From: Escherichia phage vB_EcoM_JB75
Length of the DNA stretch: 64,000 nucleotides
Sequence record: MH355584.1
Reading direction: 5' to 3' (one strand)
Shown here: one piece after another, positions 30,855-40,106 of the stretch
How positions within the stretch are numbered: position 1 is the stretch's first letter
Layout: the number at the start of each line of letters is the position of its first letter
Position numbers and translations under genes: made by a program
Notes under the pieces: model-generated
What the model was told of the DNA's origin: nothing
The model's database searches: none
What the model saw: the letters and a program-made list of their open reading frames with translations, nothing else

Positions 30855-31088
30855 ATGAAAACTTACCAAGAATTTATTGCTGAAACTGCTGATGTAAAAG
30901 TTGAGTTTATTTACTCTGGCAAGAAAGATAAAATGGGTGAAATGCCTCATGGAGTTCTTCGTGATGCATTAGATAATTTCGGTCAACTCGCCGCAGAAGA
31001 TTACGGTGATAAAATTGTTGTTACTGGTCCTGCTGCAGTTATTGAAAAATGGGCAGCAGAAAATAAATCAATTTTTCGTAAAAAATAA
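30855..31088 (+). CDS. internal protein (CTS MKTYQEFIAE)
   Basis: Track ORF from 30843; the ATG at 30855 gives MKTYQEFIAE, the canonical T4 IP capsid targeting sequence; own promoter and SD. Confidence 0.7.
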   Translation: MKTYQEFIAETADVKVEFIYSGKKDKMGEMPHGVLRDALDNFGQLAAEDYGDKIVVTGPAAVIEKWAAENKSIFRKK

Positions 31089-31128
31089 GTTTACTTTTAG
31101 ATAGGGTAGTGATACTATTACCCTATCT
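31086..31128 (+). promoter_or_regulatory. T4-type early promoter with dyad-embedded -10
   Basis: GTTTAC then AGATAGGGTA-gtgatactat-TACCCTATCT (perfect 10-bp inverted repeat). Confidence 0.6.
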
Positions 31129-31146
31129 ACTACTGAGGAGAATAAA

Positions 31147-31332
31147 ATGAAACGTTGTGAATTAATTCGAAATGTTGCTATTGCAATTTCTGCTTCCGCT
31201 TTCAGTTTTTCAATGTTTGTTGGATTTATATGCGGATTATTGACTACGGCAGAAAATGTTTTTTCACTTGTAGTAGCATTTTTAATTGGTTTAATTGCTA
31301 TTGTTATGGATAAAATTTCTAAAGGTGAATAA
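31147..31332 (+). CDS. small hydrophobic (membrane) protein
   Basis: 61 aa, two hydrophobic stretches; SD GAGGAG upstream. Confidence 0.5.
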   Translation: MKRCELIRNVAIAISASAFSFSMFVGFICGLLTTAENVFSLVVAFLIGLIAIVMDKISKGE

Positions 31333-31730
31333 TGAACGTTGAATATTATGTATATGCGGATTACGAAAATAATCCGTCTAAAGATGAAGATAATCGTTTA
31401 GGTGTAGATGCTTTCGATTCCCCTGCGGCGGCATGGCAATGGGTTGAAAGAACCGATATTCCTTACCGTTATATTGAAGTGGTTGACCACGCAGGAAACA
31501 AGTATCCTAAGGAAGCATATGTTGCTTCCGGGAAGGTAAATTTCCTTTTGTTTGCAGGTGATAATTATTATCCCCGTGGTGGGTATACCGATTTAATTGC
31601 TAAAGCATTCTCTGAAGATGAACTCCGTGACATTATCAAAGAAAATGAAAACAAACCGATGGATTCTAATCGCTTTGATTGGTGGCAAATCGTAAATGCT
31701 AATACTCACACTATTGTTGATGAAGGCTGA
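31332..31730 (+). CDS. hypothetical protein
   Basis: 132 aa ORF, ATGA overlap with upstream gene. Confidence 0.5.
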   Translation: MNVEYYVYADYENNPSKDEDNRLGVDAFDSPAAAWQWVERTDIPYRYIEVVDHAGNKYPKEAYVASGKVNFLLFAGDNYYPRGGYTDLIAKAFSEDELRDIIKENENKPMDSNRFDWWQIVNANTHTIVDEG

Positions 31731-31732
31731 TA

Positions 31733-32020
31733 ATGATTCTTTATGCGAAAGTATCATCCATTGAAAATGGATATAAATATGATCAAGACGCGGCTAAAGC
31801 TTTGATTGATGATTATGGCATTTTAACCTGTTTTGAAGTTGAAAAGGTTTACATTGACCGTTCATCTTCTCAAGTTAAATTAGTGAAGGAAGACCGCAAA
31901 TTTAATACAGTAAATTTTGATTTCTTTATTGAAACAGAAAAAGGTCCTCTTGAATATGATATTTTCAAGAATCCTTTGGGTCTTGAATGTATCGTAAATA
32001 CGTATTATCATAAATGGTAA
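31733..32020 (+). CDS. hypothetical protein
   Basis: 95 aa ORF in operon context. Confidence 0.5.
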   Translation: MILYAKVSSIENGYKYDQDAAKALIDDYGILTCFEVEKVYIDRSSSQVKLVKEDRKFNTVNFDFFIETEKGPLEYDIFKNPLGLECIVNTYYHKW

Positions 32021-32117
32021 ATATGCTTTAAGAATTATTTGTTATTATTAACTCATACCGCACTGATTAATACCCTCTATCATTAGGGGTTCTTGTTAGA
32101 GAGCCTTTGTTAATAAT

Positions 32118-32190
32118 TGGGAATTAGCCAAGTTGGTAAGGCATAGCACTTTGACTGCTAGATGCAAAGGTTCGAGTCCTTTATTCCCAG
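32118..32190 (+). tRNA. tRNA-Gln (anticodon UUG)
   Basis: Cloverleaf by eye: acceptor TGGGAAT/ATTCCCA, anticodon arm TAGCA-CTTTGAC-TGCTA, T-loop GGTTCGAGTCC. Confidence 0.8.
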
Positions 32191-32191
32191 C

Positions 32192-32278
32192 GCGAGAATG
32201 GTCAAATTGGTAAAGGCACAGCACTTAAAATGCTGCGGAATGATTTCCTTGTGGGTTCGAGTCCCACTTCTCGCACCA
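32192..32278 (+). tRNA. tRNA-Leu (anticodon UAA)
   Basis: Acceptor GCGAGAA/TTCTCGC, anticodon loop CTTAAAA, long variable arm, encoded CCA. Confidence 0.8.
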
Positions 32279-32283
32279 AATTT

Positions 32284-32357
<74 letters not shown>

Positions 32358-32367
32358 ATTTAATTTA

Positions 32368-32441
32368 CTCCGTGTAGCTCAGTTTGGTAGAGCGTCTGCT
32401 TTGGGAGCAGAATGTCGTAGGTTCAAATCCTGCCACGGAGA
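32368..32441 (+). tRNA. tRNA-Pro (anticodon UGG)
   Basis: Acceptor CTCCGTG/CACGGAG, anticodon arm TCTGC-TTTGGGA-GCAGA, T-loop GGTTCAAATCC. Confidence 0.8.
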
Positions 32442-32443
32442 CT

Positions 32444-32533
32444 GGAGGCGTGGCAGAGTGGTTTAATGCACCGGTCTTGAAAACCGGCAGTCGCTCCGGC
32501 GACTCATAGGTTCAAATCCTATCGCCTCCGCCA
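32444..32533 (+). tRNA. tRNA-Ser (anticodon UGA)
   Basis: Acceptor GGAGGCG/CGCCTCC, anticodon loop CTTGAAA, long variable arm, encoded CCA. Confidence 0.8.
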
Positions 32534-32538
32534 GTTTT

Positions 32539-32614
32539 GCTGATTTAGCTCAGTAGGTAGAGCACCTCACTTGTAATGAGGACGTCGGCGGTTCGATTCC
32601 GTCAATCAGCACCA
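32539..32614 (+). tRNA. tRNA-Thr (anticodon UGU)
   Basis: Acceptor GCTGATT/AATCAGC, anticodon arm CCTCA-CTTGTAA-TGAGG, encoded CCA. Confidence 0.8.
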
Positions 32615-32615
32615 A

Positions 32616-32690
32616 GGCCCTGTAGCTGGAAGGTTCAAGCAAGCGACTCATAATCGCCAGATGGTGGTTCAATTCCACCCAGGGCCACCA
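32616..32690 (+). tRNA. tRNA-Ile/Met (anticodon CAU; T4-type tRNA-Ile reads AUA after modification)
   Basis: Acceptor GGCCCTG/CAGGGCC, anticodon loop CTCATAA, T-loop GGTTCAATTCC, encoded CCA. Confidence 0.7.
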
Positions 32691-32703
32691 AATTAAGAAT
32701 TAA

Positions 32704-32790
32704 GGGGAGTTATCCCGTAGAGGTAGCGGTGTGGACTGTAAATCCATTGTCATTGCGACTCGGGTGGTTCGACTCCATCACTCCCCACCA
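32704..32790 (+). tRNA. tRNA-Tyr-like (anticodon GUA), long-variable-arm type
   Basis: Acceptor GGGGAGT/ACTCCCC, anticodon arm GTGGA-CTGTAAA-TCCAT, variable arm, T-arm GGTGG-TTCGACT-CCATC, CCA; D-arm is weak so it could be a variant or pseudo-tRNA. Confidence 0.55.
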
Positions 32791-32794
32791 ATTT

Positions 32795-32869
32795 GGATGT
32801 GTAGCTCAGTGGTAGAGCAGTTGACTGTTAATCAATTGGTCCATGGTTCGAATCCATGCATGTCCGCCA
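32795..32869 (+). tRNA. tRNA-Asn (anticodon GUU)
   Basis: Acceptor GGATGTG/CATGTCC (two GU pairs), D-arm GCTC-AGTGGT-AGAGC, anticodon loop CTGTTAA, T-arm CATGG-TTCGAAT-CCATG, CCA. Confidence 0.7.
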
Positions 32870-32873
32870 AATA

Positions 32874-32949
32874 CGAGGCATAGCTCAGAAGGAAGAGCAA
32901 GGACCTTCTAAGTCCTGGGTCGTAGGTTCGATCCCTACTGCCTCGACCA
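32874..32949 (+). tRNA. tRNA-Arg (anticodon UCU)
   Basis: Acceptor CGAGGCA/TGCCTCG, anticodon arm AGGAC-CTTCTAA-GTCCT, T-arm GTAGG-TTCGATC-CCTAC, CCA. Confidence 0.8.
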
Positions 32950-33049
32950 GACAAGAAGCCGGGTCGCTACCGGCAAGTCGTCGGACTGATGTTCCCTGTT
33001 TAAGGACTGGTATTAATAAATCTTTATGTTTTGTTAATGTCCCCTTATA

Positions 33050-33225
33050 TCACAGCAGAAACGGCGCACCGAATTATCGATTCGAGGAAATATCTTTGCC
33101 GTAAGCCGAGTAGCGTTTTTGACGGAACGTTCGGATATGGTCGAGATATGGCCTTTTAAAAATATTGAGTAGCGTCAACTGCTTAATAACCGGGTTCGAA
33201 TCCCGGCGTTTCGTACAAACACTTG
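33050..33225 (+). ncRNA. candidate small stable RNA with tRNA-like T-arm (possible counterpart of T4 species 1/2 RNAs)
   Basis: Non-coding stretch after tRNA-Arg containing CCGGG-TTCGAAT-CCCGG with flanking AGAAACG/CGTTTCG complementarity about 150 nt apart; ends at a terminator. Confidence 0.35.
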
Positions 33226-33265
33226 CCTTAGCAGGTGGAACCCCGACAAGGTTGCCGCAAGGCTT

Positions 33266-33293
33266 AGCCCCGACCGAAAGGTTGGGGCTTTTT
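33266..33293 (+). terminator. rho-independent terminator (copy 1 of a duplicated element)
   Basis: AGCCCCGACC-GAAA-GGTTGGGGCT followed by TTTTT. Confidence 0.7.
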
Positions 33294-33339
33294 AGTATAA
33301 ATAAGTATATTAAAACCCCGAATTAAAACAGGAAATAAG

Positions 33340-33813
33340 ATGAAATCATATGCTCAATTTTTAAATGAAGCGGTGTTAAATGAAGCATCTAGCACCGAAA
33401 TTCAAGCTGTCGCAAAAGCAGCCATTGCAGCGGGTAAATATTCCTATAAAGATGCTTCTGACGAATCACGATTCCAATTTGCTCGCGACATGAAAGCAGA
33501 AGGATTTACGGGAAATGCAGTTAGTATGGCCTGGAAAAGTCTAGTTGCTACTGGCGCTGCTTTTGCAAAGGCTTCGGGTAAACCTGCTCCTAAAGCAGAT
33601 CCTAAAGCGGCACAAGAAAAAAATATCGTTAAAGGAATTATCGCTAAATATGAAGCTATCCTTAAAGAGCTTTTAGTAATCAAAACCGAAGGCCAAAAGT
33701 TAGCCCGTGCTTATAGTTTCAAAGATAATCCACATGTTCACTCTCTTGAGTATGTTGAAGACATCCAAAAAATTATTAAAGACCGCATTTGGTCTGCTAA
33801 ACAAATCAAATGA
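33340..33813 (+). CDS. internal-protein-like protein (CTS-like MKSYAQFLNEA)
   Basis: 157 aa, Ala/Lys-rich; CTS-like N-terminus with LNE cleavage motif; flanked by identical terminators. Confidence 0.6.
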   Translation: MKSYAQFLNEAVLNEASSTEIQAVAKAAIAAGKYSYKDASDESRFQFARDMKAEGFTGNAVSMAWKSLVATGAAFAKASGKPAPKADPKAAQEKNIVKGIIAKYEAILKELLVIKTEGQKLARAYSFKDNPHVHSLEYVEDIQKIIKDRIWSAKQIK

Positions 33814-33820
33814 CATTCTT

Positions 33821-33848
33821 AGCCCCGACCGAAAGGTTGGGGCTTTTT
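33821..33848 (+). terminator. rho-independent terminator (copy 2, identical)
   Basis: Same hairpin and T-run immediately after the 33340-33813 gene. Confidence 0.7.
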
Positions 33849-33938
33849 AGTTTGAATCACATAGAGAATGCTGCTACGGATAGTAACAAAGTAATAAATA
33901 ATTAATAACCAACCGATAAATTATTTCAAGGATTTTAA

Positions 33939-34502
33939 ATGAAAACCTATGCCGAATTTTTAACCGAAGCAGCAAAATTACCATCTGAAGCAGATCTTAC
34001 TAAAGTATTCTTCCAATTGGACCCAAAAGACCGCGGCGATTTTCTTAAGTGGAAAGCTAAAGCTATTGAAATGTACAACATCGATAATAGTTCTTTTACA
34101 ATGAGTCAAGAAAATAAATTCAATAAAGCATTTTTCAAAATTTCTAAGAAATTGGCATCTGGCGCTCAGGTTCCTAAATCTGTGTTAGCTACTCCTGAAC
34201 GCGCACCTGTTAAAATTTCTAAGAATATGTTCGACACTAAAAAATACGTTAATGCTTTGAATAAAGCTCTTGATGCATTGGATGATGCAAAGAAGGCAGC
34301 CCGCGATCTTCAAGACGTGTACACCGATTTTGACCGCAAAACTAAAGGTTCTATTTCAAATAGCGAACGCAATAGTGTAAGTGTTTATTCTGATAGCCTT
34401 GATGTTCTTGGCGATGCGTATACTGAAATTAAAAATCGTATTAACACTGCATCTAAGCTAAAAGCTGCTGCAGAAGCTATAATAACTAAACTAGGTAAAT
34501 AA
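33939..34502 (+). CDS. internal-protein-like protein (CTS-like MKTYAEFLTEA)
   Basis: 187 aa; CTS-like N-terminus with LTE cleavage motif; terminator follows. Confidence 0.6.
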   Translation: MKTYAEFLTEAAKLPSEADLTKVFFQLDPKDRGDFLKWKAKAIEMYNIDNSSFTMSQENKFNKAFFKISKKLASGAQVPKSVLATPERAPVKISKNMFDTKKYVNALNKALDALDDAKKAARDLQDVYTDFDRKTKGSISNSERNSVSVYSDSLDVLGDAYTEIKNRINTASKLKAAAEAIITKLGK

Positions 34503-34510
34503 TTTTAAAT

Positions 34511-34536
34511 CCCTATCTAAATGATAGGGCTTTTTG
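34511..34536 (+). terminator. rho-independent terminator
   Basis: CCCTATC-TAAAT-GATAGGG followed by CTTTTT. Confidence 0.6.
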
Positions 34537-34663
34537 GTATCTAGGCCTTTCTGGACCTCTCTAGGCATCATTTAGTTTATACCCTTTATAATATATTATC
34601 CTATCCTTTAATTGCCCATCCCTGCCCTAGAATTCCCTAAAAATTTTTTCACAAAACTGTTTA

Positions 34664-34692
34664 CATCTCTGTTCTTCCATGGTACTATACAA
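34664..34692 (+). promoter_or_regulatory. T4-type early promoter
   Basis: TTTTTTCACAAAACTGTTTACAT ... TGGTACTATACAACTATC. Confidence 0.55.
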
Positions 34693-34731
34693 CTATCAAC
34701 TACTGATACAGAAAACAACTTGGAGAATGAA

Positions 34732-34995
34732 ATGGATAATTACGGCGAACTGTTCAACTTCTTTATGAAATGCGTTTCAGAAGATTTCGGTCGTACAGTG
34801 AATGATATTAAAGTTATCGGTCCTGAACATCCGATGTTTGAAACTTACGCAGTAATGGGTAATGAAGACGGTCAGTGGTATACTGTAAAGGTTGTGATTA
34901 ACATGTTCACTGCTGAAAGTTATGTTAAACTGTCTTCTAAAGTTTACCATGATAACGACGAAATCGCTGAAGAATATTTCAATAATATGAAATAA
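34732..34995 (+). CDS. hypothetical protein
   Basis: Track ORF 34612-34995 runs through the promoter; ATG at 34732 behind GGAGAA gives 87 aa. Confidence 0.5.
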   Translation: MDNYGELFNFFMKCVSEDFGRTVNDIKVIGPEHPMFETYAVMGNEDGQWYTVKVVINMFTAESYVKLSSKVYHDNDEIAEEYFNNMK

Positions 34996-35027
34996 GTTTA
35001 CATAGGTTCATGATTGAGATATTATGA
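34994..35027 (+). promoter_or_regulatory. T4-type early promoter
   Basis: AAGTTTACATAGG ... GAGATATTATGA. Confidence 0.5.
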
Positions 35028-35051
35028 GCCTATACAAATGAGGAAAACATT

Positions 35052-35387
35052 ATGAAACGTAACTTTAGTAAAGCTTTTTGTAATAGAAATAATTATCCTG
35101 AAGAGCTTTTTGAATCTAAGGACTTTAAAGAGTTTAACGAACGTTCTCAAAACATGCCTGTACAATGGGTGTTAGATTATGCCAAACGTATCTTTGAAGG
35201 CGTGCGGGATATTTGTCCTGATGATGAAGCTCCTTATTTTAAAAAGGCTTGGGAACTCGCCAACCAAGCATATATCAATGCTTTAGAATCTTCTAAAGGT
35301 ACTGACGATGATTTTATTTTATTGGCTATCAATGATGCCGTTATCGAGGCCATTGACGTCTTTATCGATGAGCTAGACGAAGAATAA
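35052..35387 (+). CDS. hypothetical acidic protein
   Basis: 111 aa; early promoter and SD upstream. Confidence 0.5.
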   Translation: MKRNFSKAFCNRNNYPEELFESKDFKEFNERSQNMPVQWVLDYAKRIFEGVRDICPDDEAPYFKKAWELANQAYINALESSKGTDDDFILLAINDAVIEAIDVFIDELDEE

Positions 35388-35418
35388 GTTTACAATCTAT
35401 TAAAACGTGATATTATCT
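35387..35418 (+). promoter_or_regulatory. T4-type early promoter
   Basis: AAGTTTACAATC ... GTGATATTATCT. Confidence 0.5.
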
Positions 35419-35443
35419 AATTATACCAACCTAAGGAAATACT

Positions 35444-36037
35444 ATGAACACACTGAAGAAAATTGTTGAGTTTATTCGCACTAAACTTGGTTCTGCTATG
35501 GCTAAAAATCTATCTGTTGAAGAACAGTATACTGCTGCAGCAGCAAAACTGCTTGATAAAATTAAAGACCTAAAAACTGCTTCTGTTAAATCTATTAATG
35601 AAGAAAAACGTATTCGTGAACTTATTGTTGAAAAGAATAAGCAGGCCGAATCAAAAGAGCGTGAAATTCGCAAGCTTCTTTCTGAAGGTCAAGATGTAAC
35701 AATGCATGCTAAACTCGGTTTACTATATCGTCGAACAGCTGAGCAGTTGACTACTAAGGCTGACGGTTATGCTGAAATGCGAATTGAAATCGCCAAGAAA
35801 GTAGTTGAGTTAGATGATGCTCGTCAAGAACTTGCAGTTAAATTGGAATATATCCGTGAAACTCGTGCGGCAAATGCCCTTGGAATTAGTACTGCCGATG
35901 ATGTAGTTGAAATTGCAGCACTGACTAAGGTTGATATTGAAGATACCCTTGCTCGAGTTGAAACCTTTAATGGTAATATTTCTGGGGTTGAAACTACCTC
36001 TGCCGATGTTCAGGAATACATTAATTCTCTGAAATAA
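35444..36037 (+). CDS. predicted helical coiled-coil protein
   Basis: 197 aa with heptad-like Glu/Lys/Leu periodicity; early promoter upstream. Confidence 0.5.
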
Positions 36038-36078
36038 TGATAAGGGGTTTCGGCCCCTTATACTTGGAGTAAATAGGA

Positions 36079-36693
36079 ATGAAAATGAAAATGCAAAGTG
36101 ATTTCAATTCAATGTTTGAAGAGTTCCAAAGACAGGTTGATGTTCCAGACCAATTACTAAATGCTCTTAAACGCATGGCAGAAGGACGTAATTACTATTG
36201 GGGGTCTTCATATGAAACTGATGAAAGCCTTTCCGGAAGATTTTCTAGAGGTAAAAAGTCTTTAATACGTCCTGGAATACTCATTAACAGTATTGAATCA
36301 ATTCATTCATTGACATGCGATTTTGATGTTGAATTTACTGATTTCATTTCTCCTGAATGGACGGTATGTTATTTAAACGACGATTTTGATTATCTCGGTG
36401 TTTATAGTTTAAGTGACGCATGGTTTAAACGTAATTTACAAAAGTCAAATTTATTCTATATTGATACTACAGTAAAATTTCAGGGAAAGAAATATTTCTT
36501 TACTCTTATAGTTGATTCTGAAACGAAGCATGAAAATAAACGTATTCTTAGTAAAAGAAATATCTTGAATATTGTTGATGATCTTTTTGATAAATTAGTG
36601 GAAAATCCTAATTTTGAAAGTGATTTATTACTAGAAAAATTTGTTAAGGAATGTAGAGAATATGTCAAAACCATCACTATACCTTCCAAGTAA
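36079..36693 (+). CDS. hypothetical protein
   Basis: 204 aa; C-terminus EKFVKECREYVK resembles the C-termini of the next three genes. Confidence 0.5.
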   Translation: MKMKMQSDFNSMFEEFQRQVDVPDQLLNALKRMAEGRNYYWGSSYETDESLSGRFSRGKKSLIRPGILINSIESIHSLTCDFDVEFTDFISPEWTVCYLNDDFDYLGVYSLSDAWFKRNLQKSNLFYIDTTVKFQGKKYFFTLIVDSETKHENKRILSKRNILNIVDDLFDKLVENPNFESDLLLEKFVKECREYVKTITIPSK

Positions 36694-37054
36694 ACCGTTG
36701 AAGTATGAATTAAAGCGTCAGATAATTTCTACTGATGTGTTAATAGGTCCTGTTATACTCATATCATTTGTAATTCTATTGATTATTGGAGGTGTTTTAG
36801 ATGTTATGACTGATATTGATTCTGGCGAAATACTTGTGTTAATGCTAATTCTTCCATTAATAGTTCCACTTTTATTAGTACCCGTAAATTGGGTAGGATA
36901 CTGGTATCAAGGAAGGCATTATCGTAAACGCGTACGTGATTGGAAAGCACAGTGTAAAAAGATTAAAAAGGAACATCAGCTTAAACTTGCTGCGCATGAA
37001 TTTGATGAAATTATGAAATTTGTTAAGGAATCACGATGCAAAAGCCAAAACTAA
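36662..37054 (+). CDS. small membrane protein, paralogue 1
   Basis: Track ORF from 36641; ATG at 36662; two predicted TM helices; ends EIMKFVKESRCK. Confidence 0.5.
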   Translation: MSKPSLYLPSKPLKYELKRQIISTDVLIGPVILISFVILLIIGGVLDVMTDIDSGEILVLMLILPLIVPLLLVPVNWVGYWYQGRHYRKRVRDWKAQCKKIKKEHQLKLAAHEFDEIMKFVKESRCKSQN

Positions 37055-37398
37055 ATAAAGTCAAATATTCGTTTCCAGAGGCACTATTAATTCTTGCCGT
37101 ATCAGCATTTGCAGCTCTTGCAGGTAGTCTTATTGGATTGTTAATTGATTGTTTTATTTTAAACATCGACGGCACAGTAATTATAACAGAGGTTTGGAGT
37201 GAACTTCGTTTTACTATAGCGATTTCATTATTTTCATTCTTTGGTACCATGTTATATTTTCATTATGATAATTTTAAAATAAATTGGCAAAGAAAAAAGG
37301 ATTACAAAATACAATTAAAAGAATATAATAGCTACATGTCTTATATTGAAAATGAGTCAATGAAAGAGTTTGTGAGTGATTGTAGGAAAATTAAATGA
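37036..37398 (+). CDS. small membrane protein, paralogue 2
   Basis: 120 aa, two hydrophobic helices; ends EFVSDCRKIK. Confidence 0.5.
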   Translation: MQKPKLNKVKYSFPEALLILAVSAFAALAGSLIGLLIDCFILNIDGTVIITEVWSELRFTIAISLFSFFGTMLYFHYDNFKINWQRKKDYKIQLKEYNSYMSYIENESMKEFVSDCRKIK

Positions 37399-37513
37399 TT
37401 TTAAAAACTCGCTGGTATGATTTAGATGATGGGGATGATGGCATTTCAGTTGATAGAGTTGACTGGAATGGTTGTTCCGAAGATATGAAAATTTGTTGAT
37501 TAGGGAGTTTAGA

Positions 37514-37863
37514 ATGGGATATCAAGCAGCTAAGCCATTTACTGTAACAGATGATAAGTTCGTATGTATTCAAAACGGTCGCGCTAAGTTAACGAATGCT
37601 GATTGGTTCACAGATAAGAAGGTTCTTCTGTGGTATATCATTAGTCTTCCTATATCATCGTTCGTATTTTACTTTTTTATAAAAAATCCAATGGACAGAA
37701 TAGGAGATTGGGTTCTTTTAACTATACTTGTTAATATTTTTACAGCAGCAGTATTATCAGGAATATGGCGTATGTTCATTGAAATGCCATGGCGTTTACG
37801 CAGACAACAAAAGATTTTTGATGAAAAGAAATATACTCAAAATTTAAATAACTTTATCACTGA

Positions 37864-37882
<19 letters not shown>
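37514..37882 (+). CDS. small membrane protein, paralogue 3
   Basis: Track ORF from 37472; ATG at 37514 behind GGGAG; hydrophobic helices; ends NFITECRKLK. Confidence 0.5.
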
Positions 37883-38851
<969 letters not shown>

Positions 38852-38886
38852 AGTTGTTTACTTTCTCCTAGAATTGTGATAGTATA
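38852..38886 (+). promoter_or_regulatory. T4-type early promoter
   Basis: AGTTGTTTACTTT ... TGTGATAGTATATT. Confidence 0.5.
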
Positions 38887-38939
38887 TTCACAGTTGCTTG
38901 AAGAGACAAATTACTAATTAAAATATTTAAAGGAAACAT

Positions 38940-39413
38940 ATGAAAACATATCAAGAATTTATCACTGAAGCAGCTATTAATTCTCAAATTATTGCTGAAT
39001 CTTTTACTGATCTTTTGAAATTTAAAAAAGGTCAAAAAATTACTGCTGTATTGGATGATGGTACAGAAGTTGAGATGGATGTACAGGGATATAATTATGC
39101 AGTAGATGGAAAACTGTATAATAAATCTCATGCTAAATTTGATTCATTTGACGACTTTGTTAATACAGTTGAAGATGAAAAAACTCGTCGATCCATTGCA
39201 ACTGGTGATGCTAAGGTTCTTATGGCACATGGTCATGAACGCATTCGCGCTAAACAGAATAAAATGGGTGAAGATAATTTTGCATTAGTTGGTTATCAAT
39301 CTGGTAAACAAACTTATGGCTATCAACGTACTGCTACAATGTATAATAAAAATGGTAAAATTGCCTTTGTAAATAGTAAAGGTTCTATTCAGTACGTTAA
39401 ATCGTTCAAATAA
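38940..39413 (+). CDS. internal protein (CTS MKTYQEFITEA), in the ipIII position
   Basis: 157 aa; canonical CTS with ITE cleavage site; early promoter upstream. Confidence 0.7.
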   Translation: MKTYQEFITEAAINSQIIAESFTDLLKFKKGQKITAVLDDGTEVEMDVQGYNYAVDGKLYNKSHAKFDSFDDFVNTVEDEKTRRSIATGDAKVLMAHGHERIRAKQNKMGEDNFALVGYQSGKQTYGYQRTATMYNKNGKIAFVNSKGSIQYVKSFK

Positions 39414-39566
39414 GCAAATAAGAAATATGGGAACAAACTGGACCTCATGATTCTATGAGGGATTCCCGCCAACCTGTAATAAGGTCGAGCCTGAGTGCGG
39501 TAATGGGTAAATACAGAAATGGACAATTCATGCGCCATGGAATGGCCCAAATTTAGAGAGAATAAA

Positions 39567-40106
39567 ATGAGAACATTTTTAACTGGTCCTTATCTATCCC
39601 TGATGAATGCTTTTACACACCATTCTGATGCTAGAGTAGAAGAAATTTGTAAAAACGATTATATCCCACCATTTGAAGACTTACTTAAACAGTATTGCAC
39701 ACTTCGACTAGATGGTGGACGTCAATCCGGTAAATCAATTGCTGTGACTAACTTCGCTGCTAATTGGTTGTATGATGGCGGAACAGTTATTGTTCTTTCT
39801 AATACTTCAGCTTACGCTAAAATTTCTGCAAATAACATTAAAAAGGAATTTTCGCGTTATTCTAATGATGATATACGTTTTCGTTTATTTACTGATTCTG
39901 TGCGCAGTTTTATTGGTAATAAAGGAAGCAAGTTCAGAGGTTTATCGCTTTCACGAATTTTGTATATAATTGATGAGCCTGTTAAATCTCCTGATATGGA
40001 TAAAATTTACGATATTCATATTGAAACTGTGCAACACTGCTGCAATAGTAAATGTTGCATTGGTGGTATTACTCGTCCACAGTTTTTCGTAATCGGAATG
40101 CAATGA
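39567..40106 (+). CDS. small P-loop NTPase with C-terminal Cys cluster
   Basis: Walker A GGRQSGKS, Walker B ILYIIDEP, C-terminal HCCNSKCC; start taken at ATG 39567 behind GAGAG. Confidence 0.55.
   Translation: MRTFLTGPYLSLMNAFTHHSDARVEEICKNDYIPPFEDLLKQYCTLRLDGGRQSGKSIAVTNFAANWLYDGGTVIVLSNTSAYAKISANNIKKEFSRYSNDDIRFRLFTDSVRSFIGNKGSKFRGLSLSRILYIIDEPVKSPDMDKIYDIHIETVQHCCNSKCCIGGITRPQFFVIGMQ

Noticed and set aside
32856-33104. 82-aa plus-strand ORF
   Set aside because: Overlaps tRNA-Asn and tRNA-Arg and continues into the non-coding region; no RBS
34612-34731. 5' extension of the 34732-34995 gene
   Set aside because: The extension reads through the early promoter; real initiation is at the ATG behind GGAGAA
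35444-36037. Possible PspA/IM30 (phage-shock protein) homology of the coiled-coil protein
   Set aside because: Only a short DTLAR-like match and general helical character; not enough to call homology without a profile search
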